Shown here: piece after piece, positions 25,728-34,720 of the stretch
Layout: the number at the start of each line of letters is the position of its first letter
How positions within the stretch are numbered: position 1 is the first letter of the stretch
From: an uncultured Gammaproteobacteria bacterium
Lineage (GTDB): Bacteria; Patescibacteriota; Microgenomatia; UBA1406; GWC2-37-13
NCBI GenBank assembly: GCA_964437175.1
Contig: CAYTFR010000001.1
Coordinates: 1-49,465 of the forward strand
Direction of reading: 5' to 3'
Length of the DNA stretch: 49,465 nt
Notes under the pieces: model-generated
What the model was told of the DNA's origin: nothing
What the model saw: only the letters and a program-made list of their open reading frames with translations
The model's database searches: none
Program-made: the position numbers and the translations under genes

Positions 25728-25774
25728 ATAAACGAATGTTCACTATTGTAGTAAACCTTTGTTTACTTTGTCAA
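25728..25774 (-). promoter_or_regulatory. lexA promoter with two candidate LexA operators
   Basis: The minus strand reads TTGACA-18-TACAAT. The perfect palindrome AGTAAAC-AAAG-GTTTACT (25750..25767) fills the spacer. A second site, GTGAAC-ATTC-GTTTAT (25728..25743), lies just downstream of the -10. Confidence 0.55.
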
Positions 25775-25838
25775 GTCGAGATTGATATCAACGACAGGAA
25801 AGTAAATACCCCCCTTATTTTCCTCTAATTAAGAATAA

Positions 25839-27740
25839 TTATGAAGATATCTCTTCTGAAGATTGTTCATTTTGACGTTTTTTAAGAAGATAAAAAGCTA
25901 AAAATCCTCCCACAACAACTATCAAAACTACCAGAACCATGACCATTAAAACTAGTTGTGATCTGTTTTGAGAAGGAGTGGCTTGACTTTCTGTTCTTTG
26001 ATCAACTGGCTGGTGATCTTTATCAATAAAGTCTCTAGCTTGTTTTTTAACCTTGGTTGGAACAATTGATTGACTTAACTTAAAACCATCCTTATCTTTA
26101 AAATCATAAATATCAACTTTATTCTTTGTAATAAAACTCCTGTTTTGAGCAACAAATTTAGAAGTGGAAACATTACTAACCATTCCCTTTGAACTCATAT
26201 ACTTTATTTTGTAAGGCATTGACGGAAGATACTCAGAAGATATTTTATAATAACCATTCTCATTAGCTTTTGTCTTAAAATAAGCTTTTTTTGAGAAATT
26301 AAGATAAATGCCAATATCAGCATTAGGAACAACATTTCCTCGAGAATCATAAGCATAACCTTCAATATAATTTAGAATTGGATCTAGATCAAAGCTTGTT
26401 TCTTGTTTTTGCTGAACCGCCTCTGCTGGAAAAAAATCAACTTTTCTTTTAAACCAAGAAACAAATTTATCAAAAATATTAATATTGGAGCTACTTAAAT
26501 CTTTGGTTAAATCAGTCTTTATTAATTTAACAGAACAACAAACTTCTGGTAATTTTAACTCTGATTGATCTATTGAAATATTAAAAACGCCAAATTCATC
26601 AGTTTTTTGAGAGATTAATAACTTTGATGGAACAAATGTTTCTGAATTAACAGACTTTGGCACTTTGGAATAAACTTGTGATTCAGCAAATGGATGACTT
26701 GCCCTTCCTTCAATTATCACTTTATCAGTTGATTTATCTAAAGATTGGCTATAGCCAATTAACTTGAAAGGAGCTGTTCTGGATATTCCGTTTGGATCCA
26801 AAGGAATATCCCGATGGACAATGGATCCTTGCTGAATAATATCTTGATTAGTAAAATTAGCTATCCCATTAGCATAATATATATCCGAATAAACTTTTGA
26901 GTAATTGGTAGCAATCCCACTGGATTCAAAAGGAAAAGAATAGCCACTATAGTTAACCATTAATCTATATACCCCATCTGGAACAACAAAGCTAAATGAA
27001 CCATCATCAGCTGAATAATTTGGATTATTAACTGCTCCTAATGGATCATGATATTTACTAAAAACCCCGTTGACATCTTTTACTTGAAGAATAACCTCTG
27101 CTCCTTTGATTGGCTCTAGATTTTGGCTGTCAAAAACTCTTCCATAAGGATCCCATCTAATAGAAAGACACTTTTCCTTCGCTCCCTCAAACGTAAATAT
27201 TCCTTGCTGTAGCCCACCAGCATCTCCCTGGACTAAAAGATCATCAAGATAATTTAAAGCAACAAACTTTCTTCCCCGTGAAATGGGAGTTGAACTTTGC
27301 CATTCTAAAGGTTCTGACAACTCACCACTGCCATTACTTTTAACTGGACTTGGAACATCATTCCCTTGAGAATTAGTTAATCCTTCAAATTTATATCCAA
27401 CAACATCGGATAGTTCCATTACATTGTCGTCCTCAAAAACAGTCTCATCTAATGTTGAATCACCAGTTGTGCAGATCTGACCATTATCTGTCTCAACACA
27501 TTCAATAATATATGAGTCTTTGTTGGGCAAAAGCTTTTCATCAGGTTTAACAGCAAGCTTTACTCTATGAGGATTTTTTTCATCAGAACATGGAGTGTCT
27601 TCTCTATCACAGCGCTTAGAATCAAGACAAATCCATCGTTCTGCTACCTTAGGCTCATTGGCATAGACAAAGCTATAATTAACTATAAAAAATAAAGTTA
27701 AAAACAAAAAGAAAGAAAGATAAAAAGATCTTCTCATCAT
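25839..27740 (-). CDS. Large surface protein, adhesin-like (signal peptide, Ig/CarboxypepD_reg-like beta domains, C-terminal TM anchor)
   Basis: Signal peptide MMRRSFYLSFFLFLTLFFIVNYSFVYA. Segments such as GAEVILQVKDVNG...DDGSFSFVVPDGVYRL. C-terminal hydrophobic anchor LVLMVMVLVVLIVVVGGFLAFYLL followed by KKRQ. Confidence 0.6.
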   Translation of the reverse strand: MMRRSFYLSFFLFLTLFFIVNYSFVYANEPKVAERWICLDSKRCDREDTPCSDEKNPHRVKLAVKPDEKLLPNKDSYIIECVETDNGQICTTGDSTLDETVFEDDNVMELSDVVGYKFEGLTNSQGNDVPSPVKSNGSGELSEPLEWQSSTPISRGRKFVALNYLDDLLVQGDAGGLQQGIFTFEGAKEKCLSIRWDPYGRVFDSQNLEPIKGAEVILQVKDVNGVFSKYHDPLGAVNNPNYSADDGSFSFVVPDGVYRLMVNYSGYSFPFESSGIATNYSKVYSDIYYANGIANFTNQDIIQQGSIVHRDIPLDPNGISRTAPFKLIGYSQSLDKSTDKVIIEGRASHPFAESQVYSKVPKSVNSETFVPSKLLISQKTDEFGVFNISIDQSELKLPEVCCSVKLIKTDLTKDLSSSNINIFDKFVSWFKRKVDFFPAEAVQQKQETSFDLDPILNYIEGYAYDSRGNVVPNADIGIYLNFSKKAYFKTKANENGYYKISSEYLPSMPYKIKYMSSKGMVSNVSTSKFVAQNRSFITKNKVDIYDFKDKDGFKLSQSIVPTKVKKQARDFIDKDHQPVDQRTESQATPSQNRSQLVLMVMVLVVLIVVVGGFLAFYLLKKRQNEQSSEEISS

Positions 27741-27804
27741 ATTAAAACTATATGAAAATACTTATCTCTTGTCAAGTAGCAAATTTTGTTCTAATATTAA
27801 ATTA

Positions 27805-28446
27805 ATGATGAAAAACAACCTCTTAATAAAAATTATTTTTTTGTTCTCTTTGATATTCTTTTTTCCTAGAACAGCTTATGGAGTAGACTTTAATCTTTTT
27901 GGTCCAACTGAGGTTCTTCAAAGAGGTCAAACAGTTGTTTTTAGAATCGAGATAGACACACAAAACCAAACTCTAAATTCAACTCAGATCAAATCCAATT
28001 ATGAAACCAAATATCTTGAATATCTAAACACTACTCCGGGCGATACTTTCTCAACAATAACCGCTGATCCTTCTGAAAATGGTCTATTATTAATAACAGG
28101 AACCAGTTCTTCAGGATTTTCTGGTCAAGGAACATTTGCTTATCTTAATTTTAAACTGATTGCTGAAGCTCCTGGATCAACCCAACTCTGTTCTCTTCAA
28201 GCAACAACACAACCTCCTCCAAGTAATCCGACCAGTCCTCCTCAACCAACCAATCCACCCCAGCCAACGACCTTACCAAAATCTGGTTCAACTCAAAAAA
28301 CAACTACGGCTCTTCTTGTTGGAACTGCTTTTATACTTGGGGCTATCTCTATCTTTGTCTTTAAAAATCACTACTTACCAATTCCTCAATTTAAAAAACA
28401 CCAAAATAAAATTTCAACCAATCAAAAGCATCATCAAAAACAATAG
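27805..28446 (+). CDS. Cohesin-like surface protein with LPKSG sorting-signal-like C-terminus
   Basis: Signal peptide, a roughly 110-aa cohesin-like beta domain, a Pro/Thr-rich linker PPSNPTSPPQPTNPPQPTT, LPKSG (28273..28287), a hydrophobic segment and a basic tail. Confidence 0.5.
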   Translation: MMKNNLLIKIIFLFSLIFFFPRTAYGVDFNLFGPTEVLQRGQTVVFRIEIDTQNQTLNSTQIKSNYETKYLEYLNTTPGDTFSTITADPSENGLLLITGTSSSGFSGQGTFAYLNFKLIAEAPGSTQLCSLQATTQPPPSNPTSPPQPTNPPQPTTLPKSGSTQKTTTALLVGTAFILGAISIFVFKNHYLPIPQFKKHQNKISTNQKHHQKQ

Positions 28447-28450
28447 TCTT

Positions 28451-31051
28451 ATGAAAATTACTCCTTTAAATCGTTTAACTATCTTTCGATTAAAAAAAAT
28501 AATTTTTATCCCTTTATTGCTTTTTTTTCTATTTCCAAAAAGTATTCTAGCTATCACCCCGACACCATCAAATAACAATATTAATCCTACTCCTATTGTC
28601 TGGGGTTGCCCTCCAGAATTAAATGAATATTATCAAAAACAAGGAACCGGAGAACGATGTGTGACTAACTATGAAACTTGGAGTCAAGATCCAGTTTCTA
28701 ACCATATTTGGGTAGTTGACCCAAAAATTACTGCTCAAGGAAAAGCTGATGAACGAGCCAGGGAATTTTTATACTGGGTTTTCACTCATCCTTCAATAGA
28801 CGATCACCCAGTAATTTTAAATATCTGGAACTTTTCTAGAAATCTGGCTTATTTCTTTGTTGTTTTTATCGCTTCAATCATGGGAATTGGCATTATTATT
28901 GGTCGAAAAAATATTGGTATCCTCGGATCTTCTAACTTTAAAATTGATATCTCACCATTAATAATTAAGTTAATTTTAGTCCTTCTTTTTATTACTTTTT
29001 CTGCCAGTATAATCTTAATGCTTATTCAAATTTCAGAGATCTTAATGAAGTTTTTTATTGAAAACTTAGGGGGTAAGGATTTATTTAACATCTATTTTTC
29101 TAAAGTCAGTGATGAAAAAAATTATATGAATTTCATTGGCCAACGAGATCTAAATTTAAGAGTACAAGAAGCAGCTAATACAGAACTCTTTCTCTTAAAA
29201 CTAACTAATATTACTTATTATGTAATGGGGGTCATGCTAATTCTTCGAAAAATTATTCTTTGGTTTCTACTCTTTGTTTCTCCATTTTTAGCTTTGCTTA
29301 TGCCTTTTGTTTTTATAAGAAATGTTGGCTGGATCTGGATTGGAGTTTTTTTTCAATGGGTTTTTTACGGTCCATTGTTCGCCTTGTTTTTAGGCAGTCT
29401 CTCTAAAATATGGACAACTGGAATTCCTTTTGTTTTTGATTTCTCTCGGGTTGATAAACCAGAAGGCTATATTTACCCGACTGCAATCAGTATCTTGTAT
29501 GGAGGACCAGCCCAAAAACTAACCGCATTTAATAATGGAAACTATATTGATACCTTTATGGAATATGTTATCTCGTTAATTATGCTCTGGGCAGTAATTC
29601 TTTTTCCTTGGTGGCTACTGCGAATATTTAGAGATTACTGTTGTGGTGGAATTGTAGCCATGAAAAATATTTTGTTATCTATGTATGATCAACAACATGG
29701 CGGACAACCACCAAGAACACCAACTCCTTCTCTTTCCCCAACTAAACAAACATATGGAACTGCCCGAACCATTCCAAGAGAAGTAGAAATTCCAGTTAAA
29801 GTAAGGCTTCTAACAACTGAAGAAATTAAAAAAGCAAAGACAGAAGAGATCACTAAATCTCTCCAATTATCTGTTTCCAATCTAACTGATGTTGCTCGTT
29901 TTGAAACAAATAAAAAATTACAAAAAACTGTTACCAAAAACATTGAATATCTAAAAACACCAACTAAAGCAACTACTCCTAATGAACGCCAAAAATATAT
30001 GAACATAAAAACAGAGTTGTTTAGTCGATCTACTAAAAAAGACACTATTGCCAAACAAATACTTAAAGCCACTTCCAGCTCAAAGATCGAACAATCTCAA
30101 TCAAAACAAGAGTTTGTAAAACAAACCGCCAATTTACAACCGATCACTCAAGTAATTTCTTATAAATTTAAAATTCCTCGCCAAAAAGTACAGTCAATCA
30201 CTTCATCAATTACAAATAGTATTGTTAACAACAACAATCTTATGAACACCTTCTCTCAACAAACAAAAACTGAAAAAGAAAAAGTCAAGGATGTTCTCAC
30301 CTCTATTCCTCAAAAAGTAGATCAACCAATTCAACAAATAATCCCTCAAATTGTTAAAAAAACTGGTCTGGAAAAAGAAAAGGTCGCTCAGACTATTAAA
30401 TATGTTTCAAAAGTAGCTAAAGCTGATAAAGAGTTAATAAAAGACGTTGCCTTAAAAGAAAACATTAAAGAAACAGATGTTGAAAAAATTGTCACTAATC
30501 AATTCTCACTTATTGCAGAACCTGAAAAAAATATTGAGCAAACCATTACCATTCCTTCAACAATTTCTTTAGAAGACTATGAAGAAGTAAAAAAAATGTG
30601 GAAAGAACAGTATGAAAAAGGAGAAGTCCCAACAACTGAAAATATTACTAACCGCAGTCAGTGGGTAGAACAAGACATTGTCCTTCTTACTAATGCTTTA
30701 AATAAACTTCTTTCCCCAGATGAAGAACTTCGTCAACAAGCCCTTGATGATGTCTCTTATTTATTGCCTATCTTTATGATTAATAATTTCAAAGAAGAAG
30801 AATTAGTTGTTTATTTAAAAGCAAAATTAGAGGCAGCTAAAACTGTAAAAGAACAACAAGAAAAAGAAGAACAAATTAAACAAAAACTAGAATCCAAGTC
30901 TGAAGAAGAGTTTGTTGAAATAGAACGACCAAAAGAAGAAAAAAAAGAGAAAACAATGGAAATGAAAAAAGAATTAGAACAAGAACTTCAACAAAAATCA
31001 CCTCAAGAAAATAATCAGGCTCAAGAAAATCAAGAAAAAAATAAAGGTTAA
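28451..31051 (+). CDS. Polytopic membrane protein with a long K/E/Q-rich repeat-bearing C-terminal tail (unknown function)
   Basis: Start at MKITPL, just after the upstream stop. Signal/TM segment, a Cys-containing extracytoplasmic segment, about 6 TM helices, a Pro-rich hinge GGQPPRTPTPSLSP, then roughly 430 aa of hydrophilic tail. Confidence 0.6.
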   Translation: MKITPLNRLTIFRLKKIIFIPLLLFFLFPKSILAITPTPSNNNINPTPIVWGCPPELNEYYQKQGTGERCVTNYETWSQDPVSNHIWVVDPKITAQGKADERAREFLYWVFTHPSIDDHPVILNIWNFSRNLAYFFVVFIASIMGIGIIIGRKNIGILGSSNFKIDISPLIIKLILVLLFITFSASIILMLIQISEILMKFFIENLGGKDLFNIYFSKVSDEKNYMNFIGQRDLNLRVQEAANTELFLLKLTNITYYVMGVMLILRKIILWFLLFVSPFLALLMPFVFIRNVGWIWIGVFFQWVFYGPLFALFLGSLSKIWTTGIPFVFDFSRVDKPEGYIYPTAISILYGGPAQKLTAFNNGNYIDTFMEYVISLIMLWAVILFPWWLLRIFRDYCCGGIVAMKNILLSMYDQQHGGQPPRTPTPSLSPTKQTYGTARTIPREVEIPVKVRLLTTEEIKKAKTEEITKSLQLSVSNLTDVARFETNKKLQKTVTKNIEYLKTPTKATTPNERQKYMNIKTELFSRSTKKDTIAKQILKATSSSKIEQSQSKQEFVKQTANLQPITQVISYKFKIPRQKVQSITSSITNSIVNNNNLMNTFSQQTKTEKEKVKDVLTSIPQKVDQPIQQIIPQIVKKTGLEKEKVAQTIKYVSKVAKADKELIKDVALKENIKETDVEKIVTNQFSLIAEPEKNIEQTITIPSTISLEDYEEVKKMWKEQYEKGEVPTTENITNRSQWVEQDIVLLTNALNKLLSPDEELRQQALDDVSYLLPIFMINNFKEEELVVYLKAKLEAAKTVKEQQEKEEQIKQKLESKSEEEFVEIERPKEEKKEKTMEMKKELEQELQQKSPQENNQAQENQEKNKG

Positions 31052-32163
31052 CTTATTATCAATGGTTTTTTAGGAAATATAGTTAATCTTTCAATTTCTC
31101 CTTGATTGTTTTTTAAAACTAAATCCTCTATCCTAAAACCAAATTTACCGAAAAAATAAACACCTGGCTCAACCGTAAAGACACTATTATTAATCAGTAA
31201 TTCTTTTGATCCTGGAGCAATTTTAGGATATTCATGGATTTCTAAACCAACTCCATGACCAATAGAATGAGGAATATCTACTTGAAGATTTTTTTGAACC
31301 AATTGACGACAAAAATAATCAACTTTATCCGCTCTGGTTGTTTTTTCAGCTTTTTTTAATGTTCTTTTTTGGATCTTTAACAAACTTGAATATAGATTTA
31401 ATGTTTTTTGATTGATTGGCTTAACAAAAATCATTCGCGTCATATCTGACATATATTGTTTATATTTCACTCCAAAATCTATAAGAATAACTGATCCTTT
31501 CTTAACCTTTCCCGAACCAATATGGGTATTGTAATGGGGAATTGCGCTATTTTTATCAATCGCAACAATTGGATCAAAAGCAAGATTATATCCTTTTTTT
31601 TTCAGCCAAAATTCAATCCTAAAAGCAATCTCTTTTTCGGTCATATTGGTTTTAATCACCTTGACTATTTCTTTTAAACACTGATCTCCAATTTGACAGG
31701 CTTTTTTAATTCTTTTTATCTCAGTCTGATCTTTAGATTCTCTTGATTTAATAATCAACCTATTGGTTGAATTCAACTTAATCTGATTAAGGCTTTTTTT
31801 TAGAAAAGAATACTCAGCAAATTTCAAGTCTGTTGATTCAAATGCAAGATCTTTTATCTTCTCTTTTTGAGCAATTGTTGTTATCTGTGTAAAAAGATTT
31901 TTTTTTGGAGTCAAAAATAAGACTTTTAATTTTCCACCCTCTGAATCAGAAGATGAACTTTTCAATTTCTCTATATCATAACGACCATCAGTAAATAAAT
32001 ACCACCCATCTTGGGTTACCAAAAGATAAGATTCTCTTTCCTCTGGTGATAAACCAATAAATCCTGTAAGATAGTATATATTATGAGGATTCGTCACTAG
32101 AAATCCATCAATCTTATTTTTAAACAATAATCTTTGAAGTTTTCTAATCCGTTTTTTTCTCAT
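31048..32163 (-). CDS. pepP: Xaa-Pro aminopeptidase (M24B)
   Basis: Creatinase-like N-terminal domain, and HSIGHGVGLEIHE plus EPG...RIED metal-ligand motifs. Confidence 0.8.
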   Translation of the reverse strand: MRKKRIRKLQRLLFKNKIDGFLVTNPHNIYYLTGFIGLSPEERESYLLVTQDGWYLFTDGRYDIEKLKSSSSDSEGGKLKVLFLTPKKNLFTQITTIAQKEKIKDLAFESTDLKFAEYSFLKKSLNQIKLNSTNRLIIKSRESKDQTEIKRIKKACQIGDQCLKEIVKVIKTNMTEKEIAFRIEFWLKKKGYNLAFDPIVAIDKNSAIPHYNTHIGSGKVKKGSVILIDFGVKYKQYMSDMTRMIFVKPINQKTLNLYSSLLKIQKRTLKKAEKTTRADKVDYFCRQLVQKNLQVDIPHSIGHGVGLEIHEYPKIAPGSKELLINNSVFTVEPGVYFFGKFGFRIEDLVLKNNQGEIERLTIFPKKPLIIS

Positions 32164-32216
32164 AATCTATATTTTAACACTTAAAGTTAATAGATATTTT
32201 TTATAAAATTAAATTT

Positions 32217-32750
32217 ATGGATTATTACTCAAAAAAACTTTTTATTGCCCAAGTCGATAAAAATAATCAAATTTTAGGCAAAATTGATCGCTGGCAAGCT
32301 CATGAAAAAGGTGTTTTACATCGAGCTTTTACAGTTGGCATATATTATAAAAATAAATTAATCTTACAACATAGAAAACATCCTGTTTTTAACGGCTTGT
32401 TTGATCTAACAGCTTCATCCCACCCTGTTTTTATCAAAAAAAAATTGGAAGACGAAACAACAGCTATATATAAAACTTTAAAACGGGAGTGGAATATTAA
32501 AAAAACAGACCTTTTATCTGAACCCCAATTAAAAGGCAAGGTTGTTTATAAATCAAAAATGCTTGGATATACTGAACATGAAGTTTGTTCTCTTTTTATT
32601 AGTCGAATAAAACATCTCCCCAAACTAAATTTTAAGTATGCCTATGGTTTTTCCCTTTTGTCTCTTCCTGACCTAAAATCATTAAAACAACCACTTAGAC
32701 AAATACTCGCCCCTTGGGTAATAGAGTTTTTAAATGAAGGCTTAATCTAA
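32217..32750 (+). CDS. idi: Isopentenyl-diphosphate delta-isomerase, type 1-like (NUDIX fold)
   Basis: GVLHRAFTV...LILQHRKH, SSHP, and TEHEVCSLF (compare ENEVCPVF of Idi). Confidence 0.55.
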   Translation: MDYYSKKLFIAQVDKNNQILGKIDRWQAHEKGVLHRAFTVGIYYKNKLILQHRKHPVFNGLFDLTASSHPVFIKKKLEDETTAIYKTLKREWNIKKTDLLSEPQLKGKVVYKSKMLGYTEHEVCSLFISRIKHLPKLNFKYAYGFSLLSLPDLKSLKQPLRQILAPWVIEFLNEGLI

Positions 32751-32755
32751 ATTTT

Positions 32756-34159
32756 ATGACTCTTAAAAGAATATTTTCTTTAATCCTTGTTATTTTCTTT
32801 TTAATTGCTTTTCCTTTATTTTTACTTTATACCTTTCAATATTTTTCTAAAGCAGCTCCAATTAAAGCTAATATAAAAATAAATGTCAGAAAAATAATCG
32901 GCCCTTTACCTTCTAAATGGAACAGTTTAGCTCAAGGAGGAGAAGAACAAGGAGTCCAAATGCTAAACAATGTTATCCCTCAAGTTTCTGCTTTATATCC
33001 CAGATACATCAGGATTGATCATGTTTATGATTTTTATAATGTTGTCCGCCGAGATAATTTTGGCAAACTTGTTTTTAATTGGAATCAGCTTGACAAAACT
33101 GTTTGTGATATTTATCGAACAGGAGCCAAACCATTTTTTTCATTAGGTTATATGCCTAAAGTCATGTCTATTGATGGATCTCTTATCTCTCAACCAACTA
33201 ATTGGAAAGAGTGGCGTTTATTGGTTAAAAAAACCATTGAAAGATACAGTGGCAAAAACACCAGGCTTTGTAATCAAATTACAGGTTATTGGTTAACTGA
33301 TGTTTATTATGAAGTTTGGAATGAACCTGACTTGGAAACTTTTGGTAAATGGAGCTTATACGGCGGTAAAAAAAGTTATAAACTTTTATATTTTTATTCC
33401 TCTCAAGGAGCCAAACAAGCTAAAAATGTTTATCACTTTTATTTAGGCGGTCCAGCAACAACCAAGATTTATAAGAACTGGATCCAGATCTTTTCAGATT
33501 ATGTTTTAAAAAACAACCTACGAATAGATTTTATATCATGGCATCATTATTCAACCCAGACCAATGATTATGTCAATGATGTTCTTAACCTTAGACAATG
33601 GCTCTCAGCAAAAAAATATACCCGATTCAGATTCCTTCCAACGATTATCAGTGAATGGGGATACGATTCTGACCCAAACCCAATCGCTGATACTAATGTT
33701 GGCGCTGCCCATACCGTAGCGGTTATTAGAGATTTAATTGACCAACAAATTAATATGGCTTTTCTCTTTGAGATTAAAGACGGCCCTACTCCACGTTGGG
33801 GAATCTTAACCCATGATGGTCAAAAAAAACCTCGTTATCAAGCATTAAAAATGATTAACCTTCTTGATAAGTATCGTTTGAAAACTGAAGGTGAAGGAAG
33901 TTTTATCAAAGCAATCTCTACCTGGTCACCTAAAAAAATAACAACAATTTTAGTTAACTATGATAAAAATAATAAAAATATTGAGATGGTGCCCGTCACT
34001 TTTGTTAACCTCCAATCAAACAGTTATTCTTTAACCACAACCTCTCTTAATGGCAAAAAAACAACAATCAATAATCTTACTGCAACTAATAACCAATTAC
34101 AAAGAAATGTTTTAATGACTCCTAACTCTGTTATCGCTTTAGAATTGGAGAAAAAATAA
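32756..34159 (+). CDS. Membrane-anchored clan GH-A glycoside hydrolase (GH39/GH5-like)
   Basis: N-terminal TM segment, YYEVWNEPD (acid/base Glu motif), and ISEWGYD (nucleophile Glu motif). Confidence 0.55.
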   Translation: MTLKRIFSLILVIFFLIAFPLFLLYTFQYFSKAAPIKANIKINVRKIIGPLPSKWNSLAQGGEEQGVQMLNNVIPQVSALYPRYIRIDHVYDFYNVVRRDNFGKLVFNWNQLDKTVCDIYRTGAKPFFSLGYMPKVMSIDGSLISQPTNWKEWRLLVKKTIERYSGKNTRLCNQITGYWLTDVYYEVWNEPDLETFGKWSLYGGKKSYKLLYFYSSQGAKQAKNVYHFYLGGPATTKIYKNWIQIFSDYVLKNNLRIDFISWHHYSTQTNDYVNDVLNLRQWLSAKKYTRFRFLPTIISEWGYDSDPNPIADTNVGAAHTVAVIRDLIDQQINMAFLFEIKDGPTPRWGILTHDGQKKPRYQALKMINLLDKYRLKTEGEGSFIKAISTWSPKKITTILVNYDKNNKNIEMVPVTFVNLQSNSYSLTTTSLNGKKTTINNLTATNNQLQRNVLMTPNSVIALELEKK

Positions 34160-34245
34160 GTCAACTTAACAATATGAAGTTTTCCTCTAAAGTATAGCCT
34201 GCTATTTTGTAGCCCCGTCTTTTTTTAAAAGACCAAAACGAAGTG

Positions 34246-34646
34246 TGGAGATGCCGGGAGTTGAACCCGGGTCCGAGAAAGCAATTCTAAAAATGTTTAG
34301 CGAGAAATAGATTGTTTTTAACTCAAGTTTAGTTTGGAAAACAGACAAACCATTCTAAACAGCCGATTATAAATTGTCAGATCTTTTAGTTAATCGGGAA
34401 TCCTAATCAATCTTATCTTGGTTGGTTTTCCCTTTTTAAATTAAACCAAGAAAAATTTAAAAAGAGTCCTTATTAAGCATGAAGATAAGCAAACCTAGGT
34501 TGGTACTGCTTATACATCATAGCCTCATAAGCTTCTGCAAGTTCATTTTTTGCAGTTAGTTTTTTTCTATTTACTACCGCGTAAAACGCGGTTTCGCATA
34601 GATACGCCCTCGCCATTTATAAAAGTGCAGGTTCCCCGTCGAAACC
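34246..34646 (-). ncRNA. ssrA: tmRNA (SsrA), one-piece
   Basis: 5' end GGGGATGAGTGGTTTCGACGGGG. The 3' tRNA-like end is GGACCCGGGTTCAACTCCCGGCATCTCCA, with a G3-U70 pair. The candidate tag frame 34553..34476 ends in TAA TAA. The gene is adjacent to smpB. Confidence 0.9.
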
Positions 34647-34720
34647 ACTCATCCCCTGTTAGAAACTGTTTCCTGATTTTCATTTGGAATTACAGTTTGT
34701 TTTAAACTTTTTACTAGATT

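Noticed and set aside
28160-28450. N-terminal 97-aa extension of the 963-aa track ORF
   Set aside because: It overlaps the cohesin-like gene in another frame and translates to a low-complexity read-through. A start at 28451 (MKITPL...), 4 nt after the upstream stop, gives a normal signal/TM N-terminus.
34160-34245. Hairpin GTCTTTT-TTT-AAAAGAC between the GH gene and the tmRNA as a bidirectional terminator
   Set aside because: The stem is almost entirely A/T, and neither strand has a proper T tract immediately 3' of the stem. It is too weak to call.
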